A stretch of 64,000 nt of DNA from assembly GCA_030427125.1 (NCBI GenBank), contig JAUHXF010000002.1:12248-76247 (forward strand), in the 5' to 3' direction. The notes beneath the pieces were generated by a model. The model saw nothing but the letters and a program-made list of their open reading frames with translations. It did no database searches and was not told where the DNA came from. Positions 53,779 to 64,000 of this stretch are shown here, piece after piece (positions within the stretch are counted from its first letter, which is position 1; every line of letters begins with the position of its first letter). Origin of the DNA: a bacterium (GTDB lineage: Bacteria; Patescibacteriota; Saccharimonadia; Saccharimonadales; SZUA-47). Both the position numbers and the translations under genes were made by a program.

Positions 53779-54981
53779 ATGAGTTTTTCTAGAAAGTTTT
53801 TTTCGGGTAATCGTGATGCGCTGGCTACTTTATTGCCAGGGCATCTCATTATTTTGACCGCGCATAGTTTAGTACAGTCTGCTGCTGATCTAGCTTTTCC
53901 GTTCAGACAAGACGGTAGTTTTTGGTATTTCTCAGGTCTAGACGAGCCCGACCTCATTCTAACTATTGATAGTGATAGCGGGGAGTCAGCTGTTTACTTG
54001 CCCAGCCAGAACGACTATCAGAAAGAGTGGGACGGTGCGCACAATAAAAACGATATGCAAATGACGAGTGGGGTAGACGAAATCCGATTTAAATCCGATT
54101 TAAATCGGATTTTGAATAAAGCCATGAAACAGGGAAAAAAGATTGGCTATCTTCCACCCTTGCCGGACCGTGTTGAGCCCTATGGTTTCTACGCTAACCC
54201 AGCACGAAAGCATCTCGAGGCTTCGCTATTAGACGCTGGAATCAGTAAAGATGATCTTGTTGATGTGCGCAAACAAGTTGCGAGACTCCGCCAAGTAAAA
54301 CAGCCAGAAGAATTACAGGCGATTAAAGAAGCCATCAATATTACCGGAAAAGCTTTATCGGAAATTAAAAGTCAGTTGAATTCTTTCAATAATGAGAAAG
54401 ATATTGAAAGGGCTCTCAGTGCCGCTTACTATTCTCGTGGCGCTGATGGCCATGCATTTCAACCAATTATTGCTAATGCCAAAAATGCAGCAACCATTCA
54501 CTACGAGAAAAATAATGCCAAGCTACAAGAAGGGTTGATATTACTTGACGTTGGTGCTCAATACGCCGGCTATGCGTCGGATATTAGTCGTACGTGGAGT
54601 ATCGGCGCACCATCTGAGCGTCAGCAAGAACTATGGAGCGCATGTCTAGAGATTCAAGAGTACGCTATTGCACTATTAGGTCCTGGCGTGACTATTCGTG
54701 AGTATCAAAAGAAAACGGAAGCGTTTGCAGAGAAGCAATTCAAGAAATTAAAATGCTCCATGGCGAGCAAGCCATTCCCGCATGGTTTTTCACATTTCAT
54801 GGGGATTGATGTGCACGATGCTGGGCTATACGATGAGCCGCTCGTGCCTGGTAGTGTCATCACGGTAGAGCCGGGCATCTACCTTCCGGACGAAGGTATA
54901 GGTATGAGGGTCGAAGATAACGTGCTGATCACTGAAAATGGTGTCGAAATCCTCTCTAAAAACATACCGAAACTGTTATAA
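53779..54981 (+). CDS. pepP: Xaa-Pro aminopeptidase (M24B)
   Basis: FRQD..F.YFSG, IHY, LLDVGA...YASDISRT, HGFSHFMGIDVHD, TVEPGIY, RVEDNV. Confidence 0.92.
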   Translation: MSFSRKFFSGNRDALATLLPGHLIILTAHSLVQSAADLAFPFRQDGSFWYFSGLDEPDLILTIDSDSGESAVYLPSQNDYQKEWDGAHNKNDMQMTSGVDEIRFKSDLNRILNKAMKQGKKIGYLPPLPDRVEPYGFYANPARKHLEASLLDAGISKDDLVDVRKQVARLRQVKQPEELQAIKEAINITGKALSEIKSQLNSFNNEKDIERALSAAYYSRGADGHAFQPIIANAKNAATIHYEKNNAKLQEGLILLDVGAQYAGYASDISRTWSIGAPSERQQELWSACLEIQEYAIALLGPGVTIREYQKKTEAFAEKQFKKLKCSMASKPFPHGFSHFMGIDVHDAGLYDEPLVPGSVITVEPGIYLPDEGIGMRVEDNVLITENGVEILSKNIPKLL

Positions 54982-54992
54982 TAGACGTAATA

Positions 54993-55367
54993 ATGAAAAC
55001 AGCAAAAGGTAGATTTGTCGTTCGCTGGTTTGTCAGCAGCTTCGGGCTTTGGATTGCTTCAGAGCTGCTCGGTAGTGAAAGTATCAGCATACAGGGCCAG
55101 TTTGGGGCAATTATAGTCTCAGGCCTCATTTTGGCACTCGCTAACACATTCATCAGACCAATGGTTGTGTTTTTGACGCTACCAGCCGTTCTGTTATCAC
55201 TCGGCATATTCATGGTGTTTATTAATGCCCTTATGGTCCTGCTTGCTGCATGGCTATATGAGCCACTTGAAGTGTCAGGATTCGGTATTGCTGTTATTGC
55301 CGGCATGATTATCGGACTCGTGAATTGGCTCGTCAGCGTGTTATTAGAAGGAGATAGCAATCGGTGA
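54993..55367 (+). CDS. 4-TM membrane protein (YvlD/DUF360, 'phage holin family')
   Basis: LAN.FIRP...LTLP...LSLG.F..FINA pattern. Confidence 0.8.
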   Translation: MKTAKGRFVVRWFVSSFGLWIASELLGSESISIQGQFGAIIVSGLILALANTFIRPMVVFLTLPAVLLSLGIFMVFINALMVLLAAWLYEPLEVSGFGIAVIAGMIIGLVNWLVSVLLEGDSNR

Positions 55368-55396
55368 TATCAGCCGCTCTATGCTAGAATAATTGC

Positions 55397-55612
55397 ATGA
55401 CGTTTTGGAATTACATAATGATAGTTTCGGCGGTGATTATGATTGTACTTATACTCTTGCAAGTGCGTGGTGCGGGGCTCGGTGCGGGGCTCGGCGGTGG
55501 CGGAGAAGTGAATACCGTTCGCCGTGGAACTGACAAGACTATATTTAATTTGACTATATTTTTTGCAATCAGCTTCGCGCTATCAATCTTACTTGAATTA
55601 ATCTTAGGGTAA
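55397..55612 (+). CDS. secG: preprotein translocase subunit SecG
   Basis: ILLQ.RGAGLGAGLGG, RRG.DK....T, two TMs. Confidence 0.88.
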   Translation: MTFWNYIMIVSAVIMIVLILLQVRGAGLGAGLGGGGEVNTVRRGTDKTIFNLTIFFAISFALSILLELILG

Positions 55613-55631
55613 GGTCTGATAGGGAGGGGGA

Positions 55632-57437
55632 GTGAACGACGCTAAACGTACACTTCATAGATTGCGGCTCAAAGTTCGTCGTAAGTTTCGCAAGCAAAAG
55701 CGACAAGTAGAAGACATCACTCTACAAGCAGACGACTCTTTAGACAAGCATGTATTTCGACGAATGGGGCGGCTATATCGAGTAAGACGATTTGTTGCTG
55801 CTTGGACTGCTCTTGTGTTGATGATTGGCATTGGGGCCGTGTGGCAAGTGCGTGGTCTCGATGATTATTATCTTGCACCTGAGCCTGCCTCGGGCGGTGT
55901 TTATAGGGAGGGAGTGCTCGGTACATTTACGACTGCGAACCCACTTTTTGCAGTAACAAATGTTGATGCTTCAGTGTCTCGCTTAGTGTTTGATAGTTTA
56001 TTCGTTGCTAGCCCGCTCGGCGAGTTAGAGCCGAATCTTGCAACTGCATTACAAGTTGATGATTCAGGATTAGTGTATACGGTGAAATTGCGGGGTGATG
56101 TTCGCTGGCATGATGGTGAAATTTTTGATGCAGAAGATGTTCTGTTCACCTATCAAAGTATTCAAAATCCAGAAACGAGATCTCCGCTGCAATCTAGTTG
56201 GGATGGTGTTAAAGTCGCTATGGTAGATTCATATACCGTGACGTTCACGCTACCGAACATCTTGAGTTCGTTCCAGTATTCGCTTGTAAACGGTATTGCT
56301 CCAGAACACATTTTAGGCTTGTTAGACCCAGAGGATTTACGCAGCGCAACATTCAATACTGTCGATACAGTCGGAACTGGTCAGATGCTGTACGAAAGTG
56401 TTGAAGTGCTAGGCACCGATATTGATGACAGACAAGAAAAAGTTACATTGAAGTCAAACGAGCAGTATCACGGGCCAAAAACACAGATTGATGGTGTCGT
56501 TATTCGTGCGTATAGACTTGAAGAAAGTATGCTGAAAGCCTTCGAGGATAAAGAAATCGTGAGTATGGTGGGCCTCGATACGATATCTGATACGGTTTCA
56601 GACCGTGAAGACGTACAGACCTATAGTACTTCTGTGTCCAGTGCGGTTATGCTGTTTTTGAACAACTCATCGGAAGGCTTAAATGATAAAAAAGTTCGGC
56701 AAGCCTTGGTACACGCAACAGATACAAACGAGCTCCGCCGCAGTCTTGGCTTTCCGCTTTTGCCAGTTGATAGCCCGTTTTTGCAGTCACATTTTACGTA
56801 TGATGAGAAGCAAGTACAACTGGCATACAGCCCCGAGAAGGCAATAAAAATACTTGATGAAGCCGGCTGGAAACTAGCAGATGACGGAAAACGTTACAAA
56901 GAAGATATCCCATTACAATTTAGGCTTGTGTCACAAAGTTTAAGTGAGTACGCCACCATTGTGCAAAAGCTTCAGGCTGAATGGGCAGAGCTGGGCATAA
57001 CGGTTGACGCAGTATTGCAACCTGAGCAAGATATACAGTCTGGCGCAATTGCGCGACACGACTACGACATATTGCTATATGGTATATCGCTTGGTCCAGA
57101 TCCGGATGTGTTTGCATTCTGGCATAGTTCGCAGGCAGACCCACGACAGAGAACAAGACTCAATCTTTCTGAATATCGGAGTGAAGTTGCTGATGAAGCG
57201 CTCGAGGGCGGTCGCACGCGCTTAAATGAAGATTTACGTAAGGTAAAGTATGAGCCGTTCACTAAGGCATGGCGCTCTGATGCACCCGCCATAGGATTGT
57301 ATCAGCCTCGATTCCTGTTCGTTGTACAGGGAACATTTGAAGGGTACCAAGAAGGACAATTCAATAACCCGACCGATCGATTCTACTCTATAGCTGAGTG
57401 GAAAATTCGTCAGGAAAAAACGATTCGACAAGAATAG
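55632..57437 (+). CDS. ABC peptide-binding protein (family 5)
   Basis: GG.YREG..G, NPL, LVFDSL, LRGDVRWHDG, DVLFT, VRQAL, WHSSQ, NLSEY. Confidence 0.9.
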   Translation: MNDAKRTLHRLRLKVRRKFRKQKRQVEDITLQADDSLDKHVFRRMGRLYRVRRFVAAWTALVLMIGIGAVWQVRGLDDYYLAPEPASGGVYREGVLGTFTTANPLFAVTNVDASVSRLVFDSLFVASPLGELEPNLATALQVDDSGLVYTVKLRGDVRWHDGEIFDAEDVLFTYQSIQNPETRSPLQSSWDGVKVAMVDSYTVTFTLPNILSSFQYSLVNGIAPEHILGLLDPEDLRSATFNTVDTVGTGQMLYESVEVLGTDIDDRQEKVTLKSNEQYHGPKTQIDGVVIRAYRLEESMLKAFEDKEIVSMVGLDTISDTVSDREDVQTYSTSVSSAVMLFLNNSSEGLNDKKVRQALVHATDTNELRRSLGFPLLPVDSPFLQSHFTYDEKQVQLAYSPEKAIKILDEAGWKLADDGKRYKEDIPLQFRLVSQSLSEYATIVQKLQAEWAELGITVDAVLQPEQDIQSGAIARHDYDILLYGISLGPDPDVFAFWHSSQADPRQRTRLNLSEYRSEVADEALEGGRTRLNEDLRKVKYEPFTKAWRSDAPAIGLYQPRFLFVVQGTFEGYQEGQFNNPTDRFYSIAEWKIRQEKTIRQE

Positions 57438-57529
57438 CGCTGCCGTGTATTTCTCCACATATACGGGGGTCCTCACTCGTCAGTGCTTATGCTAGAATAG
57501 GATTAATAACATTTGTAAGGAATACGACG

Positions 57530-59164
57530 TTGAATAAGATTGCTCACTATTTGCAGCAGCATATTGATGGAGAGATATTGACCTCTGATGATGCACTACG
57601 ATACTTCTCTACGGATGAAAGTATTTTACAATTACGGCCACAGATAGTTGTCTACCCACGATCAGATAAAGATATCCGTAAAGTAGCTCGATTTACCTGG
57701 CAGTTAAGTGATAAAGGGCGTGTGGTAGGTATGACTGCACGCGGTATGGGAACAGACCAGACAGGAGCCGCGTTAAGCGATGGCATTATCATGGCAATGC
57801 CAGCTCACCTGAATCGAGTGATTGAGCTTGATCCAAAAACTGGCGTTATCACGGTTGAAGCAGGAATGACGCTCGACAAAATTCAGCAAGTACTTCATAC
57901 GCATGGACGATTCTTGCCACCAGTTTCAGTCGTCAACACATCTGCAACAATCGGTGGTTCGTTGGCGAATAATGATAGTGGTCGCGCGAGTTACAAGTAT
58001 GGACCAATGCAGGAATTTGTGCGGAGCCTGAAGGTCGTATTAGCGAACGGTGAGCTTATAGAGACGGGTAGACTTTCAAAAAGAGAGCTGAACAAAAAGC
58101 TTGGACTTGCTTCGTTTGAAGGGGAATTATATCGAGCACTCGATAAGCTTATTGAAGACAATCTTGACACGATTGAGCCACTCGAGAAGATTATTGCACA
58201 CAGCAAAGCTGGCTATAACATCTCAGACGTAAAGCAAAAAGATGGATCATTTGATCTGACGCCACTGTTCTTAGGGAGCCAGGGTACATTAGGCATTATT
58301 ACTGAAGCGACACTTGATACAGCTGCATTTAACCCGGTAACGGATTTACTCGTTGCGGGATTTGCAGATAGATCTCAGGTATGGAGAGTGGTTGCAAAAC
58401 TAAACGAACTAAAAGACGGGCCTTCCAGTGTTGATTTTGTAGATGAGTCTCTTCTACGGATGGTACAAGATATTAACCCGGGGATACTGAAGGCTCTAGA
58501 CGGCGGTATACCTGCGACGGTTCTGTTTATTGAAATAGATGACGAATCACAGCGCGGCAGAAAGAAAGTATACAAAAAAGTATTGAAGACCCTAGAAGAA
58601 GTTGACGCGCAGATTGTCGAAGTAAAGCAAGAAGAAAAAGAGCAATGGGAGCGTGTTCGTGATGCGGCCTCCGTGTACCTTACGCACAATAACGGCAAAA
58701 AACAGGCACTCCCCGTAATGGATGACGCGCAAGTACCAGTGGAAAGAATGAGCGAATTTTTCAATCAATTAGAATCACTCATGAAAGCTGCAGGCATCGA
58801 GGAATACGCAGCTTGGGGTCAGGCTGGTAATGGTCTCGTTCATGTATCGCCACTGCTCGATATAACTTCGGTGGGCGATAGGCAGCGCTTGTTTAAGATC
58901 ATGGAAGCCTATTACGGCTACATCACACAGATAAATGGTTCTATCGCAGCAGAATATGCCGAAGGAAGGTTGCGAGGACATTTTAATGAACTGCAATTCA
59001 CACTAGAAGCGAATGAATTGTTTAGAAAAATTAAGAAAGTATTTGATCCAACGAAGACGCTCAATCCTGGTGTAAAATTTGATACTTCAGTTACTGATCT
59101 CAAGGCGATGGTTCGCAGCGAATATAGTTTAGACCATCAGTATAATCACTTGCCACGAAGCTGA
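57530..59164 (+). CDS. FAD-linked oxidoreductase (GlcD/D-lactate dehydrogenase-like)
   Basis: ARGMGTDQTG, ATIGG..ANN, GSQGTLGIITE, K..FDP...LNPG; start set at TTG 57530. Confidence 0.88.
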   Translation: MNKIAHYLQQHIDGEILTSDDALRYFSTDESILQLRPQIVVYPRSDKDIRKVARFTWQLSDKGRVVGMTARGMGTDQTGAALSDGIIMAMPAHLNRVIELDPKTGVITVEAGMTLDKIQQVLHTHGRFLPPVSVVNTSATIGGSLANNDSGRASYKYGPMQEFVRSLKVVLANGELIETGRLSKRELNKKLGLASFEGELYRALDKLIEDNLDTIEPLEKIIAHSKAGYNISDVKQKDGSFDLTPLFLGSQGTLGIITEATLDTAAFNPVTDLLVAGFADRSQVWRVVAKLNELKDGPSSVDFVDESLLRMVQDINPGILKALDGGIPATVLFIEIDDESQRGRKKVYKKVLKTLEEVDAQIVEVKQEEKEQWERVRDAASVYLTHNNGKKQALPVMDDAQVPVERMSEFFNQLESLMKAAGIEEYAAWGQAGNGLVHVSPLLDITSVGDRQRLFKIMEAYYGYITQINGSIAAEYAEGRLRGHFNELQFTLEANELFRKIKKVFDPTKTLNPGVKFDTSVTDLKAMVRSEYSLDHQYNHLPRS

Positions 59165-59244
59165 TTAAAGACAAAAAATAAAAAACTCGACCAGAAAGAG
59201 CCGAGCGAGCTTTGGGGTGAAGTGTAGTTTTTAAAGTCACTTTA

Positions 59245-59272
59245 AAAACAAACAGAGGGGCGAGCCCCTCTT
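59245..59272 (-). terminator. intrinsic terminator after the tRNA pair
   Basis: agagggg-cgag-cccctct hairpin followed on the minus strand by gtttgttttt. Confidence 0.7.
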
Positions 59273-59277
59273 TATTC

Positions 59278-59364
59278 TGGTGCGCAAGAGAGGACTTGAA
59301 CCTCCACGTCCTTGCGAACACTACGACCTCAACGTAGCCTGTCTACCAATTCCAGCACTTGCGC
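59278..59364 (-). tRNA. tRNA-Leu (anticodon GAG)
   Basis: Reverse complement GCGCAAGTGCTGGAATTGGTAGAC...CTACG-TTGAGGT-CGTAG, long variable arm, GGTTCAAGTCC...TTGCGCACCA. Confidence 0.95.
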
Positions 59365-59384
59365 GTGTTACTTGTAAATAAAAA

Positions 59385-59461
59385 TGGTGGGTGATGAGGG
59401 ACTTGAACCCCCGACCCCCTCGGTGTAAACGAGGTGCTCTAGCCAGCTGAGCTAATCACCC
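59385..59461 (-). tRNA. tRNA-Val (anticodon TAC)
   Basis: Reverse complement GGGTGATTAGCTCAGCTGG...CCTCG-TTTACAC-CGAGG...GGTTCAAGTCC...ATCACCCACCA. Confidence 0.96.
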
Positions 59462-59929
59462 ACAGTCATTAGATTCTACTATTTAAAGAGTTTTTATTCA
59501 AGAAATTTAAAAACATGATGACCCATGCTTGTAATTGGTATTGTTCACACGTACTTCGCAATAGATGGAAGTAGTTTCGAGTAAGCTGGTGAGCTAATGC
59601 TAACTATTGTGGCTGAAGCCGTTTCAGCAACACAAAGAACTGACTGGACTAGTGCTGCAGCCGTACTAGAGTGTGCAAGCGAGATTCCGATTGATTTTCT
59701 AGGAGCTGATAAGTGACCTCGCCAACAGGACTAGAGATAATGGCGTGTCAACTTGAAGGGCTCCTGCCTGATGATGAAGGCACACTTGAATCCAGGGAGC
59801 GACCTGCTAACTGGCTCCCAATGGATGTGGTCATTTGGGACAATATTTCAGGAATAAGAGCCTTCCCGTTTAATCTGTAGAATAGCTCCGACGAGTGCTA
59901 TACTATTTGTATAAACAAGGAGTGGCATA

Positions 59930-60487
59930 ATGCTTTGGGTACTATTGGGAGTCGCCGGCTTACTCGTCGTCGCACTCATCGTTATTTATAACGGTCTGGT
60001 TCGTTCAAAAATTCGTGTAGATGAGGCGTGGAGTGATATCACGGTTCAGATGAAGCGACGGCTGGATCTGATTCCTAATCTTGTAGAGACCGTAAAAGGA
60101 TACGCGAAGCAAGAGAAAGACGTGTTTACTCAAGTTACTGAAGCACGATCAGCGGTTGCTAACGCAAATGGCGTCGCTGAAACTGCCGAGGCTGACAATA
60201 TGTTAAGTGGAGCATTGAAAAGCTTATTTGCAGTAGCTGAAGCTTATCCAGAACTAAAATCTAACGAAAACTTCCTAGAATTACAAAGGGAGCTTGTTGA
60301 CACGGAAGACAAGATTCAGGCAGCGCGACGGTTCTATAATGCAGCTGTTAGAGAGTTCAATACTAAAGTGCAGGTTTTCCCTATGGTCCTATTTGCTCGA
60401 CTTCTTGGATTTAGTGAGCGGGAGTTCTTCGAACTCGAAGAGAGTGAGCAGGCTAAGGCTGAGAAGCCAGTCGACGTAAAGTTCTAG
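59930..60487 (+). CDS. lemA: LemA family protein
   Basis: YNGLV, EAWSDI.VQ.KRR.DLIPNLVETVKGY, AEAYPELK.N.NF, RRFYN. Confidence 0.96.
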   Translation: MLWVLLGVAGLLVVALIVIYNGLVRSKIRVDEAWSDITVQMKRRLDLIPNLVETVKGYAKQEKDVFTQVTEARSAVANANGVAETAEADNMLSGALKSLFAVAEAYPELKSNENFLELQRELVDTEDKIQAARRFYNAAVREFNTKVQVFPMVLFARLLGFSEREFFELEESEQAKAEKPVDVKF

Positions 60488-60491
60488 TTAC

Positions 60492-60611
60492 GACATGATG
60501 TACAGCGGATCCTTTTGGCGAACCACTGTGCTTCTCACTCGTCGTACCAATGTGTACGCCTCGATTGCGATGCTCGTATTTCGTCCAAAATTATCTCGCT
60601 GTAATCACGTC
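60492..60611. repeat. 120-bp imperfect palindromic element
   Basis: Nested pairs gacatgat/atcacgtc, tacagcg/cgctgta, ttttgg/ccaaaa, cgaa/ttcg and an inner cgtac...gtacg hairpin. Confidence 0.7.
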
Positions 60612-60637
60612 TTTAGCATAAGAGAGGTAACCTAACG

Positions 60638-61515
60638 GTGTATTCACAGATAGCAGCGAATAAGCGGAAGACAGTTATGTTGATGTTTGCCTTTGTTGGG
60701 CTTATTGGATTGTTGGCCTACTTTGGTGGTGTCTATTTTGGTGATTTTACTATTACTATCGGTGCGTTGATTGGCTCAATTATCTACGCAGTGATTAGCT
60801 ATTTTGCCTCAGCGAAGGCTGCGCTAGCTTTCAATGGTGCACACGAGATCAAGAAATCAGACAGCCCAGAGTTATATAGAATTGTTGAGAATCTCGCAAT
60901 TACCGAAGGTCTGCCAACACCAAAAATTCACATAATCGACGACTCAGCACTAAATGCCTTTGCCACCGGGCGAGATCCGAATCATGCACACGTGGCAATC
61001 ACGACAGGCTTGCTTGAAAAACTAGATAAACAAGAGCTTGAAGGAGTTATGGCGCACGAACTGGGCCACATCAAGAACTATGATATACGCGTTAGTATGA
61101 TCGTCTTCGGGCTTGTCGCTATTGTGTCAATTCTCGCTGACATATTTATACGAGTCAGTATATTTGGCGGTGGCAACCGTGACAGGGAAAACAGCAATGG
61201 CGTCCTCGCTATTCTTGGCATTGTTGCCATGATTCTTGCACCATTAGTTGCGGCAATGATTCAGGCGGCTATTTCACGAAAGAGAGAGTATTTAGCCGAC
61301 GCTACGGGAGCAATGACGACACGCTATCCTGAAGGGTTAGCACGAGCCCTCGAGAAACTAAAAGCAGGGAATACCGCACCCAGAAGGCAAAACACATCTA
61401 CAGCCCATCTGTTTTTTGCAAATCCGCTTAAAGGTAAGAGCCTGTCATCTCTTTTCTCAACGCATCCCCCAATTGATGATCGTATTGCTGCGCTGCAAAA
61501 AATGGGCACGAATCT

Positions 61516-61519
<4 letters not shown>
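60638..61519 (+). CDS. htpX: M48 zinc metalloprotease HtpX
   Basis: NAFATGR, AHELGHI, ISRKREYLADA, FSTHPP...RI; lemA-htpX pair. Confidence 0.95.

Positions 61520-64000
<2,481 letters not shown>

Noticed and set aside
59100..59321. 73-aa minus-strand ORF
   Set aside because: Overlaps tRNA-Leu and its terminator; spurious.

Overview
This 64 kb window looks like a chromosomal segment of a reduced Patescibacteria (CPR) genome, most likely Saccharibacteria/TM7. That placement is inferred from the short AlaRS and MetRS, the FtsA-like/baseplate-J-like pair, the secG-peptide-binding-protein arrangement, many ORFans and standard stop codons. The backbone is housekeeping: metG, tatD, cysteine desulfurase, mnmA, alaS, ruvX, mltG, obgE, class II photolyase, sbcB, uvrA, rplY, trhO, uvrC, pepP, secG, tRNA-Leu, tRNA-Val, lemA, htpX and a truncated ligA. 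The standout is a ~15 kb block lying between the cysteine desulfurase and mnmA. Its first half (8740-14905) is a divergent F1-like ATPase operon in canonical E-F-H-A-G-D-C order with no subunit a. The atpE slot is filled by a signal-peptide protein whose extracellular domain is fused to a subunit-c-like GRNP hairpin lacking the ion-binding carboxylate. Its second half (15010-23970) holds a tail-fibre-like membrane protein and a cluster of secreted WxL/pilin-like beta-sandwich proteins with a DUF916-like anchor. I infer a non-ion-coupled, ATP-driven rotary or surface machine. Other signals are an Ala-rich uORF before alaS, many near-leaderless extended -10 promoters, a homopolymer frameshift in a glycoside hydrolase gene and a long palindromic element between lemA and htpX. 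The ORF track labels 15010..16008 as +, but the sequence shows it is on the - strand. All family calls come from recognising motifs by eye; no searches were run.
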